A stretch of 59,536 bases of DNA, filler included, from Dugesia japonica (GCA_001938525.1; 6 parts of 6 records of this genome joined end to end with filler, not necessarily neighbours in it), one strand, 5' to 3'; positions 1 through 14,093 are shown, counted from the whole stretch's first letter. Numbers and translations: made by a program. Notes: generated by a model not told the origin, from the sequence alone.

Positions 1-244
1 CTATTGACGAAAATTTGAACCTTTTTACAAATAAATTTTATTTTGATCGAAGCCTTTTCTTATTTTAATGAAATATATACTCTTATAATAATATTTACTT
101 ATAAGGTATTTATATAGTAATTTTAAGTTATTTAAATGAAAATTTCCTACAATCATAAACCCTATACAGATATCAAAGTATTTACTAATAAATTTTTATA
201 TAGGCTTACTAGTAATATATGCAATAAAGTTCTATGTTTTTATC

Positions 245-445
245 ATTTTTTTTATAGAAACGTTCCTGACTAATATTTTTTATACAAAATTAACTCACCA
301 ATATGATTTATTTTAGAAACAGGCATCACCAATGGGTTTTATTATAGAAACTTGCATCGCCAATATGTTTTATTTTGAAAATTTACACCGTTAATATGTT
401 GTTTTATAGAAAAATGTCATAGCTCATGTTTTTATAGAAAAAAGT
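245..445. repeat. Degenerate ~31-bp tandem repeat
   Basis: Recurring TTTTATAGAAA...CACCAATATG-like unit, about 6 degenerate copies. Confidence 0.6.
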
Positions 446-478
446 TCTGTTTTTTTTATTTTGTAAGAAAACTTTTAA

Positions 479-620
479 TTTGAATATTTTATCTTGTAAA
501 TATCACAAAGACTCCGCGCTTTGAATAGTTAATCATGTAAATATTACAAAGACTCCCCGCTTTGAATAGTTAATCATGTAAATATCACAAAGATTCCCCT
601 CTTTGAATATTTGATCATGT
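479..620. repeat. 41-bp tandem repeat, ~3.5 copies
   Basis: Unit TTTGAATAGTTAATCATGTAAATATCACAAAGACTCCCCGC starts at 479, 520, 561 and 602. Confidence 0.9.
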
Positions 621-2879
621 TAATTAATTTTATTTAAATTTTAGACTGCAACTACTCACAAAAAATTATTTTGTCATACCCACCCGACAGAAAAATTTCA
701 TTTAGATCTTAAAACCACCGATAATTAATTCTCTTTCCACACATACTACTTTCCCTTCCCGAAAAATTATTTTAACATCTTTATACTACTTACAAAATTT
801 AACCAATCAAATTCAAGCACTTAAAATCAAAAAATCAAAGCACACCACCATCTTCCCCAACACATTAACTTTCAAATAACCCATCAACAATTAAAATCTA
901 ACAACCCCCTACAAACCAAACCCCCCAAGAAAACTCCCTACTATAAATCATACGCCTGTGCCTTGGCGCCACTACCCCTTGTAGACCAAATCATCCATCC
1001 GATCCCATAAGTCTTTTAGACTATGCATAGACAGAATTTTGGCCCAACCACAACCAAATCTTAAAAACCACCAAAAAATTATTTCCAAGATCTCCAGCAA
1101 TTCCTCGAGTCCAAATTCACTCTTTCACACACACACAAACTCAACTTGGCCTACTTTAAATTAACTCCCTTAGAAACCCAAAGAGACATAAATTAAAAAA
1201 AATTAAAAATACACACACACTTTCAGGATAAAAAATTTCTGATCCGATCAAAAAATTTGTGATCCCAAAATTCTAAGAAAAAAAACTACCCAAAAAATCA
1301 TAGCACAAATTCTTAGTACAATCTAGGCCCCCCTTGGGGAGGGGTGTAAATTTTTCTGTGGCACCACTATTTCTCTACTAAAAATATGAGAAATAGTTTA
1401 TTACGGTAGCAAATGGAAATCTATAGTGCATTCTATGCAATAAAAATGCAATAAACATTTATACTTGTAACATTAAAGTGTTTTTGCAACTAGACATAAC
1501 ATTTACTAATTATACGAAAATTCTTTTAGCAATTGACATTTTAGTATTGTATTAACCTCGGTTGATAAGTCAACCCTTTGAGGTAAATTTTCATTGAAAA
1601 TTTCTGATAAATAATTTTTATTTAAAAATTTTGAATTTGATTAAGTAAATTTGGTAATTGCTTAGTTTTATTTGTTACATTTACATTTTATTTTATTTAT
1701 TTTATTGATAGCTTGAAAGAATAATAAACTTGATTGCTAATTCGTAAATTTTTAAATATTTTTCAAAAGTTTTTATTAAAATAAATGTTTATTAGTTTAA
1801 ATTTCTAAATGTAAATTTAAAATTTAATTGCAAAGATCTATAAAAATCTTTACTTACGAAAGTTTTTAAATGTAAATATTTAGTGAAAAGTTTTTAAAAC
1901 AAATTTTTATCGGTATAATGTTTTTGAAATAATTTCTTAATTGGAATTATTTTAAATTTGAAAATTTTAAAATTGCAAAATATATTTTTAATAAATATAA
2001 TAAATCTGTTTAAGTTATTATTTAAAAATATAAATTGAAAAATGCCATTTTCGGAAGAAGCGATCAGAAAGCAAGAAGAATTATTTGTATTTTAATAAAG
2101 TATTGAATCGAAAGTCTTATTTTAGTTGATTTAAACGAAACATCCAAATAAATATAAATCATTCTTTTTGATCTAAAAATAATACAGCTAAAGAGCAAAA
2201 TCCAGTTTGATAGTTGTGTTTTGCTTATAGTTAATTCTACATTTCCAAGTACATCATCATTGTAAAATCTAAATTAAAATTAGCAGAATGAAATAATTTT
2301 CTCGTGTTCTCATAATAATAGCCTGGAACAATATGAGGGCGGTAAAGTGTGATTTTCTATCTAAACTTAAATAGAAGCGTGACAAGCTCGGGAAATCTTT
2401 CATTTAAACTAGTGTATTATTTAAATTGTTTGATTTATTAAGATTGTAAATTGTATTATATATATTAAATATTTTAACACTACTGTTAAATTTTCAAGTG
2501 ACATATGTGCCAAAAAATTAACTAATTAGTTTTTAATGCAGATACACAACTCGTGCCTAACTTACTACTTAGCTGGTGGGATTTTTTTTGAGGTTGGCGT
2601 AAGTGTAATGCGTATTACTTAATTATTTTTGTTTACATATAGACTAGTTATTTATTTAATTATTTTACCTTTATTTTATTCTTTATCTCCCCTTTTTTTA
2701 TAATTAATTCTGCCTTTAATGACTCTTTTATTGTTTCCTTAAAAGTTTTTCTTAGATTCACAGTTATCTTTCTACCCAAGCACTAGTGAAATAATACAAT
2801 TGGTCACAAACTAAATAACACAAAGTTGATTTTTTATCATAATTTTATTAAAAAAATGTTTCATCTATTTAATTTACAA

Positions 2880-3601
2880 TATTTTTAAGTGTTCCTTGTT
2901 AGCGTTAATATTTAAACATTTATTTTAATTCCTATTTTAAAGTATTAATTTTCGATTTACAGACAGAATATGAGAGATTAAAACATTGTTATTAGTAAGA
3001 GTAGGGATATTTCAAATTTTTGTGATAATAATTTTGATATTCCAACCATATGCAAACGTGTGAAAAAGATTTTATGAATAAATTTAATGTACAAATTCTG
3101 CTAATTTTCAAGTTCAGTGTTTCCTTATTATTTGTTTCATTATTATTCTTTCATTTTCAGGGGTTTATTCTTCACTTGATTTTGGCTATGCATTGACTAA
3201 TATCTTGTTATCTGTACAGCTTAAGTTTAGTGTCAATTTTTACTAACTATTTTTCTAGGAGTTACTTCCAGTGAAAGGACTACTAAATGATATAAGATTT
3301 GCTCGCTAATCTAGGTTATCAATAAAATTGTAACGGATGTAATGTCACGTTCAAAGGAGAGACAAACGTCATCTTCGCACACGTATTAGTGAGCATATAC
3401 AAATTGAGTAGAACAAGTTCCGTTTAAGATCATGACTGTTGTTGCAAAAATAGCCAAAATAGTCATTGATGAGTTTATAGTTCTGAACAGCGGTTTGGCA
3501 ATGATTTTGAAAGAATTGCGTGCGAAGCTTTAAGAATTGGGTTGCATAATCCGATTATTAATACTCAAGTTGACACACATTCACTTTTAAATTTATTTTA
3601 A
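2880..3601 (+). mobile_element. Penelope-like retroelement remnant (C-terminal GIY-YIG endonuclease)
   Basis: Frameshifted translation ~3305-3601 reads NCNGCNVTFKGET.RHLRTRISEH...ERIACEALRIGLHNPIINTQ, matching the Penelope GIY-YIG pattern; the 5' boundary is approximate. Confidence 0.75.
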
Positions 3602-6600
3602 TCTTATTTTATTGGATTGAATACATAACAGGTTTTATTGGCCAGTATATAAACACTTTCCTTCTTATTTTTCAACAGTAATTGATTATGGACATAGTTT
3701 TGTCCGAAACATGCATTACAAATAAAACTTTTAAAAAATTGCATTCTTTCATTTTATATAGATCAAAGCAAATTGTAAAATTTACATCAATTATGTATCA
3801 ATTTGTGTCTTTAATGTATCATTAATTTTGAATCAATATGTATCAACTATATAATTATTATTTAACGATAATCAATCAATATTTAGTAATAAGTGTATAC
3901 AAAATAAACAATTACAATAAATTAAAATAAAAAACTAATTTGATAGCGGTTTAAAATTTTTGACACATTTTATTTTAATACAAAAATGTATCTATAGCAA
4001 GACAATTTAATTTGTTTTATTTCAAATAAAATATTAATAATTTATTTGATTTCATTGATATCACTGACTTTTAAAAAATAATACAATCAACAAACACTGA
4101 AAAATCGATTTTTACCTAATTTTTCCTTTTGCTGCTTCTCAAAATAAGAAACCATTTCAATATAAGAATAAAATCGTAAATATAAAAATTAAAAAATTAT
4201 TTATTTTCTTTAATTGTATTTTTTGAACTGAAAAATAATATTTATTTAAAGTGATGTTACAAATAANNNNNNNNNNNNNNNNNNNNNNNNNNNNNTAATA
4301 ATAATAATAAAAAGTAACTTCCTTACGAAGATAAAGTCGAAATATAGAATTTTTATCAAAAACCAAAATAAAACAAAGTTTGATCGCAGCTTTTATTTTA
4401 AATGAATACACTTATATTATTAATAAGCAAAATTTTATAAACCATCAATCGAAATGCTAAAATTATAATTTATTATTCTTTTATTAAACTATTTCTATAA
4501 CAAGTAATAATTATGATGAATTACTATTTCATTATAAATTATTAATTATAGTTGTTCTCAGATACCAGATGGGTAATTAAAATGAGTATACTAAATTATA
4601 TATACAAATATATAATATATTATATTTTTTCTTTAATATTTCTGAGTTAATTATTTGGTTGAAAATATGCTTTATTCTATTTCATATTTATTATTGGCAA
4701 GGAGATGTAGATGGAATGTCCAAATGTCTATTATTTGTCAAATAGAATAAATAAATTTCAATATTATTTGATATCTAAATATACCTATGAGTTATAATCT
4801 AGTTTGTAGATGGTTTATTTTATTATAAAACACATTATTAATTCATTAGCATCCAGCGTCCTCTTTTGAGAACACGCTTTATAATTTTTCTAGTACTCTA
4901 CCTAAACCTTTTTCCATTCTAATTTTAGAATAAGAATAATAAACAATAATATGCCTACACTTGGTATGTATTGCTTTTATCAGACGTAGTTTAGTGTTTG
5001 TGTTATTCGCTTCTAAACTTCTGTAAACATATTCTTAAAAAAATTAAATTGGGCGTTAACGGGTTATTTTGATCCTTAAATATAACTAAGTCTTGTACAT
5101 GTAAATTTCGATTTCTATGATTACTACCTTGATGAAAGAGATTTTATGTATTATATATTTCAGTCACATTACAGTGTCTTGATATCTTTCTAAATATATT
5201 ATTAAAATCCTTTTCCTTGTCTGCTTCCGGAAATATATCTTCAACATCAATCACATCACCTGATTTCAATCTCTTGCTCTGATTTTTATCGAAATTATTT
5301 ATAATTGTCATTTTTATATTACAGAATTCTGATTATAGTAATAAATTGGAGCAAACATTACAAAATAGTCTACACGTCTTTATTCAGATCTAATGTCTAG
5401 ATAGTCTTATGATTCTGAGAAGCCTAAATTTAATACAGGATCATTGGAAAGTATAGATCCAAATACTTTAAGTAATATATTTGATTTAATAATCTAATTT
5501 ATTATTATAATTCTAGTTGCCAAATGCCAATAAAATCAATCAAAAAAATGGGATTGAAATTAATAAACTATTGATTTCATACGTATTTTGATTTAAATTA
5601 TAACAAATAATATAACAAATAAGTAACAAATGAGATGAATTAGATAATAACACTTATCCAGATGGGTTTGACATTATTTTCTAATGTTTTATATCCATTT
5701 ATTTCCACGGAAGATATTATACTTATCATCGATATTTTAAACATTTTTAACATTTTCTTCCATTAGATTTATGAAGGTTGTTTCATCTATATATGATCTT
5801 TGATTCTTGTAAATAAATCATTTATTGATTAAGATCATTCGAACTTATTTCATAAACCAGCATACTGTCAGCATATNNNNNNNNNNNNNNNNNNNNNNNN
5901 NNNNNNNAAAATTATTAATAAAGAATAATGATTATAAATAAAACTTGGAAAGCAAATATTATCGGTTTCTTAAAGAAAACTATTTCATACGTGAGAAACT
6001 TCTGAGATTTTCCACATTTCACAAACATTGAAGATTCACTTTCCTTTGTAAAATATTCAACTTTCATTTTAAAACCACGTGTGTATTATAATATTGATAC
6101 AGTAAAACAATTTATTTATTCTAGAACATTCCAATTAAATTTATTTAAAATTAAAATTAATCTATTTAAAATTATTAATAAAATGTATTATACTTGTTAT
6201 TTTTCTATTTAAAATATTACCGAGGGAAATTTAATTTTGAATATTACCGAGGAGCAACTAATGCTAAATACTGTTTTTTTTCAATTTATTTCATAAGTGA
6301 TAGGTTTTAACGATCTTAAATTCTCTATCAAATAGATGGATTGATAATCAAATTTGAGAAAGATTTATTTTTTCGGAAAAGAGTTTTCTTGTTAGAAATA
6401 ATTCCGTGGACATTCTGAGTCAACTGATTTAAAGATATCCATGTGTGAAAATATGGAAAAAATTAAAATTTGGTTAATTTTTTGAAAAATTTAAAAATTT
6501 TAAGCATTATGAGTTTCTACCCAAAATTTCCGTAAAAATCAAAATTTCGAGTGATTACGCTATAAAAAATGTAATTATGATGTATTTCAGATGTTCCTGA

Positions 6601-6607
6601 AGATGGC

Positions 6608-6738
6608 TATTGTCAAAAATTTGAGCTGTTTACAAATACATTTTTATTTTGATCAAAGCTTTTTCTTTATTTAATGAAATCTCAAATGCTATCAATGGTT
6701 AAGTCCAACAATTATTCTCACAATAATTGTAATTATAA
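6608..6738 (+). repeat. Dispersed repeat with terminal AT-rich hairpin (copy)
   Basis: TTTTGATC(G/A)AAGC...AATGAAATCTCAAATG...ACAATTATTCTCACAATAATTGT is shared with 1-74 (truncated), 20360-20460 (minus) and 21873-21968. Confidence 0.8.
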
Positions 6739-7109
6739 TACATAAAATACTGTTTATACGATAAATAGAATCAGATATAATATTGAAAAAATGAAATGTT
6801 ACAACCATGTTTGACATATCTAAAATGTTGTGCATGCATTGGACTTGGGAATTAACTAAACTTAAATGACAATTGAAAATAAATAAACTAAACATAAACA
6901 ATGTAGATAAAGCATTAAATATTACAAAACTACTGGTATATGTTGAATATCTGTAAAGAGAAACATTTAGAACTGACGATAAGTGATAATTAAGTATCAT
7001 GAATATAAAATGTCATTTCGAATAAAATCACACAAAGAACTTAGGATACATTCAAAAGTTCTCAAAGTATGTTCTTATTAACGTGAGCTGTATGGATTGA
7101 GTGAATGTA

Positions 7110-7730
7110 TTTTCTGCTTTATTAGAAACCGACATAACTCTTTTCTAAATCGGTCGATTGCTAGTGTACAGACATGTATTAAACCAAGAAATGTTTTACG
7201 TAAATGAGCTTTTTGTCTACTCAATTAAACACCACCCAATCTACATATTCATAAATGAATGTTGTGTATCTTGTGGAAAAAAGTTGGACCAGTTTATTAT
7301 GAGTTATTTCCTTAAGGTAAAATCATTACGGTTTCTGTCTACTGTGTTCGATTGTCTTGTTTAAACTATAAAGATGCAAATATGATAAGTGTTGTTTAGC
7401 GACACGATAACGTTACATTAGTCCTGATATTAATCAGGACCATATAGTCCTGATATTGCCTCATCATATTTTTACCTATTCCGTTCATTGCAATTGTTTT
7501 GAAAGAATGATAATATGATGTAGAGTAGAATGTTGAAAATGTGTTGCAGAATTGTTTTAGTTCAAAAAGTGAGAAGTTATTTAAAAGGAAGTTGAGTTGC
7601 TTCCTGAGAAATGATCAAAGGTCAGCAAAAATTATGGAAATTATTTGCATGATTAAAACGTTTTCGTTGTTTAGAAATTTGATTTATATATTTTATTTTA
7701 AAATAAAACATTATTTTCCTGTTTACTTAA
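7110..7730 (+). mobile_element. mariner transposon remnant (internally deleted)
   Basis: Residual HDN, PYSPDIASSYFYLFRSLQ and FSSKSEKLFKR motifs; 3' end ...CATTATTTTCCTGTTTACTTAA followed by TA resembles a mariner TIR. Confidence 0.75.
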
Positions 7731-9278
7731 TACAAATATAGTTAAGAAATAAGATTTTTTATTAGTAGAAATTATGTTAAGGCCAGAGACTAATGAAACA
7801 GAGAAATGTTTGTCTCACAAAATTACGGTTGATCAAAGAATAAACAAAGAAAAAAATAATATTTCAGTTTGAAAAATAAAAACAAAACTATGAATTGACA
7901 TTTGTTAACTCATATTCGTGATAAATAATTTAATTTAAGTCAGTCATATGGAATGATTTGATTATTTTCATAAGATTTAACTACATCAAATTATTTAAAT
8001 AAACAATTAAAACCGTAAGATAAAACAAAACCAATAATTAAATTAATTTAATTTAACTAATTAAGAATAATGAATTTTGTAGAAAAAATAGAACAAAAAA
8101 CTCTAAATTAATCAATAAAAAATATTTTCATCATATGTTAATTAAAAATATTTTCTTAGAGAAATAATAATTAAACTTATTATCAATGAAATCGAATTTA
8201 TTAAAATAGAAAATTAAAACGAAAAACAATAAATTAATTATTTTAATAAAACAAATTTTAATCNNTATTTAAATAAATTCGACATCTTATTTGAATTATT
8301 TCTCAATGGAAAATTTAATTACTTTTTATCAACATCAAACACCAACCGCTAAACGATTTATTTGAGAAAGATTCGTTAAAAGGCTGTCATATTAAATTAT
8401 GTATGAATTAGAAAATAACAGTATCGAATTCATTGAAAGTCGAGAAATGAAAAAGAAAAACACAAACCTTTTATGATATATTCACAGAAAATAATATATT
8501 TCATGAAAATACTTCATAAAAAAATTTTCCCATTTTTATGCCACATTAAAAACAGAAAAAAAAATGTTGAACATATTTGTTACGGTTTTTTTTTAAATAT
8601 AAAAAAAACATTCCTTTTCATTCCAAAAATGATTTCATGCTTAGAGCAAAATTATTTGAAAAATATTTTTGCCTGATTTGATTTTATTCAGTATTTTAAA
8701 CTTACTAATTCTAGAATCAATGTCGTAAACAATTTTTAATACAATTATTCATATTTGTCTTCTACCGATATGCATTGATGATTTAATTTAATAAAAACAA
8801 AAAAATTGTTTTTTATTTGTAATTGCAATTTTTATTAAAAAAACTAGTAAATAGGAAAATATAAAAAAATATAAACATAAACTTCTTTATTAGTTTCATT
8901 CAAATTTAATGTTGAATGTATTAGAATTGTTTACTTTCATGAGAGTAAAATAATAAATTAAGATAAGCTATAATTTAAATTTATTTTCAATATTTTAATA
9001 CCTTTTACATTATCGTTAAAATATCGTAACACGAGAATAATATGGTACATCAAGCGCTGATAAGGTTCCAATTCCAAATGAGGTTTGACAAATTTTATAT
9101 TAACAATAAAGAGTTAAATAAAGGAAACATGTTACACAAATACAGTATAAACAAATATTAATTTGTGTGTGCAAATGTGTAAATAAAATTTACGAGCAAG
9201 ATAATTAATTAAATTAATTTCACTTATTAGAGTAATTAATTTACTTTAATGGGTGAAATTGAGTAAATAAGTTTTTAG

Positions 9279-9378
9279 NNNNNNNNNNNNNNNNNNNNNN
9301 NNNNNNNNNNNNNNNNNNNNNNTTAATTAATTAANNNNNNNNNNNNNNNNNNNNNNNNNNNNNNNNNNNNNNNNNNNN
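9279..9378. other. Artificial contig-joining spacer (44N-TTAATTAATTAA-44N)
   Basis: Exactly 100 bp with stops in all six frames; identical at five places. Confidence 0.95.
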
Positions 9379-9379
9379 A

Positions 9380-12050
9380 TATATTCCTTATTTAGATGAA
9401 TTGAAAACAAATGGAATTAAATTTCCAGTAAATATTGATGATGTAAAAAACTTTGATAAGTTAAATGATTTCAAAATAAATGTGTTTATTCTAAATGCTT
9501 CTAAAGTAATTAAACTTTTATTTATTTCGCATTATGAAACTAAACCAAAACCAGAGGAAAATAAATGTANTTTATTAGTTTATAAAAATCATTTTGTTTT
9601 GGGTAGAAATGTAGAAGTATTTTATGCGATAAATAGACATAAAATCTATTCATGTATTAGATGTATGAACTCGTATAGAAGTAAAGATTTATTAACAAAG
9701 CATCAAAAAGAATGTATTAACCATGAAATATCAAATATAACATTTCCAAAACATTATAGTTATTATTATCAAAATTATTATTACAAAAATAAAATACCTT
9801 ATTTGTTTATGGTGATTTTGAAAGTTGGACTATTATTTATTCTAAAAAACAAAAACATTTATCACTTGGAATTTATGTAGTAAGTAAATATCCACATTTA
9901 ATACAAAATGAATGCAAAGAATTTTTCGGAGAAGATATTCATCAACAGTTCTTCGAATTTTTAAATGAATTAAATAATAAATTAAAAGATATAAAAGAAA
10001 ATAATTTAATTGAACATTACACTGGAACAGATAATCCAGAATTTATCCCAAATCAAAATTGTAGATATTGTGATACAGAAATAACTGAAAATCCGGTTTT
10101 AGATCACGATCACTTTAATGGGGAATTCAGAAGCTATTCTCATTTAAAATGTAATTTACAAGATAAATCAATAAAAAAATGATTTATACCATTTCCTTTG
10201 AATTTGGAAAACCAAAAGAACCATCAATAAGATTTTTAGATTCTGCAAGAATGTGTCCATTTACATCAATCAAGAAAATGGGTGAAATGTTAAATTAATC
10301 TAATAATTAAAATCATTTAAGAGAATTTAATCTAGCTCCAAAGAAACTTTCATTTCTATATGAATATATTAAAGAAGAAAATATTAATCAAGTAATTGAA
10401 TTATTAAAATCAAATAATATTCCATCAAAAGAAGATTTTAATAATATATTAAGACAAAAGAAAATAAATTATCAAGAATATAATGAATTTTTAAATGATT
10501 TTAGTAACTTTAATAATTTATTTGAATACATGATGCATCATATGAAACAAGATATAATTGTATTAGCTGATTTCTTTGAGAAATTTAGAGAAACATGTTT
10601 AAATAATTATCAAATTGATCCAAGTTATTGTTCTTCAGCTCCAAGATTAACTTGGAACTCAGGATTGAAATTTACTCAAGTAAAATTAAAATATGATCAA
10701 AAAGAAACTTATGATAGATTTATTAAAATAGAAAGAGGAGTTAGAGGAGATTATTCAGGTGTTTGTGGAGAGAGACAAGTATTTAATCAAAATAATAATA
10801 AAAATCCACATAGTAAAAGAGTAAATCAATCACAATTTGATGATTTAATAAAAATGATGAATTCAAATAAAGAAATTCCAGAAGAATACTTTGAAGAAAC
10901 ATTTTTAAAATATCTAGATGAAAATTCTTTGTATGCTAGTTGTATGACAAAACCTTTACCAACAGGTGAAATCTATAATTGTCAGGACTTAATTTATACA
11001 CCAGCAACAGATAAAATAAATTATATATATGAAGTGGATTTAGAATATCCACCTGAAATACATGAGAAAACTAAATACTTCCCTCTAGCTTCTGTTCCAA
11101 TAAATATCACAAATGAAATGTTAGGACCATATCAATTGTCATTTGAAAAGAAATTAAGTAAGAAAAATATTAAATTAACATTGAATCAATTTGATAAACA
11201 AAATTATACATTAGATTTATATTTATCTCTAGAAATGGAAATTTAAAAAATTCATAGTAAATATAAAATGCCAACAAAACCTTGATTAAAGGATTACATT
11301 CAATTTAATATCGATCGGAGAAACAAAGCTAAAAGAAATAATAATGTTTTTGGAGATTATTTCTTTAAATTATTAAAAAATGATTTCTATGGAAAAACAT
11401 TGGAAAATATTAGAAATAGATGTAATGTTTAAATTGTAGATAATGATAAAGATTATCAAAGTAAAATAATTAGTTTCAAAGAAACAGGAGAGGCATAATC
11501 AGCAAGAATTCGTCTTTATAAAACTAATTAAAAACATAATAAGTTTCCATACATAAGATTTACTATTTTAGAATATGCAAAAGAAGTTATATATGATTTT
11601 ATTTATAATTAATTAGATAAAACAATACCAAACAAGTGTAAAATTCATTATTCATATACAGATTCAATTTTTGTAGAAATAATTGGTCAATAAAATTTAA
11701 GAAAAATTGAAAGTTTATTAGGAAATAATTTATTTCAAATGAAAGATGAGAAACCTAATAATGAAATGGTTAAATAAGATTTTATAAAAGCAAAAAGTTA
11801 TATTATTCAAGACGACAAGAATATAGAAACAAAACATAAAAACTAATAAAATAGGAATGGAACATTATGATAAAGTTTTAAGTAATCCTAAATAAACAAT
11901 ATATGGAACTAATTATAGTTTAAAATCATTTAAACATGAAATAGAATTAGTTGAACAAAAGAAAATAGCGGAATAAGGATAATGTAAAAAATGTAGTGAG
12001 TGGCATTTAAGATTAGATAAATTAAAAAGAAAATTAGAATGTAGTTTAAT
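9380..12050 (+). pseudogene. Protein-primed family B DNA polymerase (pPolB) of Maverick, frameshifted
   Basis: C-x2-C...H zinc motif (SCIRCMNSY), EndoVII/HNH-like insert CRYC...DHDHFNGEFRSYSHLKCN, DIIVLADFFEKFRETC, motif A YLDENSLYASCMTKPLPTG, motif B FKLLKNDFYGKTLEN, motif C YTDSIF. Confidence 0.92.
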
Positions 12051-12185
12051 ATAAAATTAAAGTGGCGCACGCGTGAGCCGATTTTTTTAATTTCTAAATT
12101 GAAATAAAGTTGTCGTACGCGGACAATTCTTTAGAAAATCTTTAAATTATTAATTAAATTTCACTGGTGTCTGCAGACGCCAACT

Positions 12186-12890
12186 TTATTTCTTTAATTT
12201 ACTAATTATTTTCTGTTGATTTTCTATTTTTTCTTCAAGTTTTTTTAAAATATCCACTTCATTTTTAGAATGGGACCCGTTGGGATCTTTATTTTTTTCA
12301 TTTGAAATAAAATTTTTAACTTGTTTAACCATATTCTTGCTTATTGATATTTGTTCATTAGTTAAAATATCATCTGATAAAGCCTTTTGGTGAAATAAAA
12401 ATAACTTATTTTTAATACTTTCTAATTCATACATTAAAATTTTATATTTCTTCTTTTTTGATTTATTAAAGATGAATTCAAAGTTCCAATAACTGGAATA
12501 CAAGAAACTGAAGTAGTTAAAATAATTGGAATTAAACTTGCGCCAATTCCAAAAGTTCCCAAAGAAATTAATATAAGTCCAGTTATTCCACCAACTGTAC
12601 CAATTAATATTTCTCTAAATCTAATTGAAGTATCTAATCTTGACCATCTTTTATAAATCTTTTTATAATGATTAATTTTATCATCAATGAAATAAAGATC
12701 TGATTCAAAATCCACAATTCTCAAATTTGATAATGTACTTTTTAAATCTGTATATTTTTGGTCTTTAATTGAATATTCAAAATGGGACCCTTCGGGATCT
12801 TTGTAAATATATTCGTTTAAATTAGGATATTTTTTATGGGACCTTCTGGAATTTTCTCATACTCCTTCTTTCTCCACTAAATCATTCTCA
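12186..12890 (-). pseudogene. Maverick coiled-coil plus transmembrane protein (frameshifted; ORFs 12434-12724 and 12186-12503)
   Basis: HYKKIYKRWSRLD followed by a Gly-rich hydrophobic double helix (LIGTVGGITGLILISLGTFGIGASLIPII) and a coiled-coil tail. Confidence 0.55.
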
Positions 12891-13033
12891 TTCTCAGACT
12901 TTTTATTAAAAGTTAATATGAAATAATAATATTATAAATATAAATTTTTTCTGGAAAAATCAAAGTAATTCTTTCTAAAAAATTTTGGTGTGTCCTTCGA
13001 TTAATATTAATAATAAGACGAAATAACTCTTTT

Positions 13034-13579
13034 TTAGTAAACGTGAATTATTTTTTCTTCTGGAGCATTATTAATCATTATATAAATTGGAAAAAGATGT
13101 AAATCAGTATATCCATTAAATAATAAATGTACTTGTTCTAATGGTTTTTTTAAATAAAAATAAAGTACTAATGATTCTTCAAGAAAATAATGTTTATATG
13201 CTTTTCCTAAAGTAGGAAAAGATTTAAATATTTCTTTTCTTTTTATTTTAAATAGAGTTAATCCAGAATGACATGGTAATGGGAAGCCGTTGGGATCTTT
13301 CTTTTTAAATAAAGTGGTTAATCTAAAAAGAGTTTTGGAATGTGGCCCTTTGGCATTGGTAAAATTTATTTTATTGGAGTAAGGAAAATAATTATCAATT
13401 ATTTCTCTAATATTGCTTAACAAGTTTTGTCTATAAAGTTTAGTTTGGGTTGTGGCACTTTTGGTTTTATTTTGTTTTATTCTCATAATATAGTCATTAA
13501 TTTCATTAATACGATCAATATGAAGATATTGTTTTATTTTATTAAATTCTTCTAAAGGAATTAAAGGATTATTTAACAA
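13034..13579 (-). CDS. Maverick hypothetical protein
   Basis: 181-aa open frame co-oriented within the viral gene block; no recognised motif; start uncertain. Confidence 0.5.
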   Translation of the reverse strand: MLNNPLIPLEEFNKIKQYLHIDRINEINDYIMRIKQNKTKSATTQTKLYRQNLLSNIREIIDNYFPYSNKINFTNAKGPHSKTLFRLTTLFKKKDPNGFPLPCHSGLTLFKIKRKEIFKSFPTLGKAYKHYFLEESLVLYFYLKKPLEQVHLLFNGYTDLHLFPIYIMINNAPEEKIIHVY

Positions 13580-13861
13580 ATAGATCTCTCGATAGTTTTT
13601 CCAATTCTAAATTGATTTTATTAAATAATTATTATTAATTTTTTCAAAGAGCTCTGTGATTTCTTTTTTCAAATTACTCTTTGTTTGTGTTAGCGTATTA
13701 ATATTTTTATCAGTATTTATTAGTGAATTTTTGATGTTATTTATTTAATAATTAAATCAGCTTTTTTTTTAATCCAAGTTTGTTTTACTCTCCAAAAGTT
13801 GATGAATAAAAATATTTTGTGATTTAATTGATTTTTCAAATTTCTCGTTGTTTGCGTTAGC

Positions 13862-14077
13862 TCAGTTGTTTTTTTGAAATTTACTAAAATATTTTAAGTT
13901 AATAGCATCTAGTTCATTTTTGGGTTCATTAATAATTTTTAAGTTAGTAATTGAATCTCCACTTTCATTAACAAATCTTTTTTCATTGTTTATAGATTCT
14001 AATTTTAATTTTGCAGAAACATGTTTTAATATTTCTGTATTATTTTGACTATTTAAAGTTTCTCTACAAAAATTCAT
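13862..14077 (-). pseudogene. Maverick fibre/stalk-like protein, N-terminal part
   Basis: FVNESGDSITNLKIINEPKNELDAINLKY resembles the GD...I.NL..P....DA.N..Y fibre/adhesin stalk repeat; coiled-coil remnant continues downstream. Confidence 0.45.
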
Positions 14078-14093
14078 TTATTTTTTATAATGG

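Noticed and set aside
479-620. CRISPR-like array
   Set aside because: Head-to-tail tandem units with no unique spacers; eukaryotic context; no cas genes
4780-5880. Possible decayed minus-strand gene (e.g. MTIINNFDKNQSKRLKSGDVIDVEDIF...)
   Set aside because: No recognisable motif; too fragmented to call
4157-8676. Short ORF-track ORFs in AT-rich and repeat DNA (also many at 19-32 kb and those antisense to real genes)
   Set aside because: Low-complexity composition, span N gaps, or are shadows of repeats or genes on the other strand
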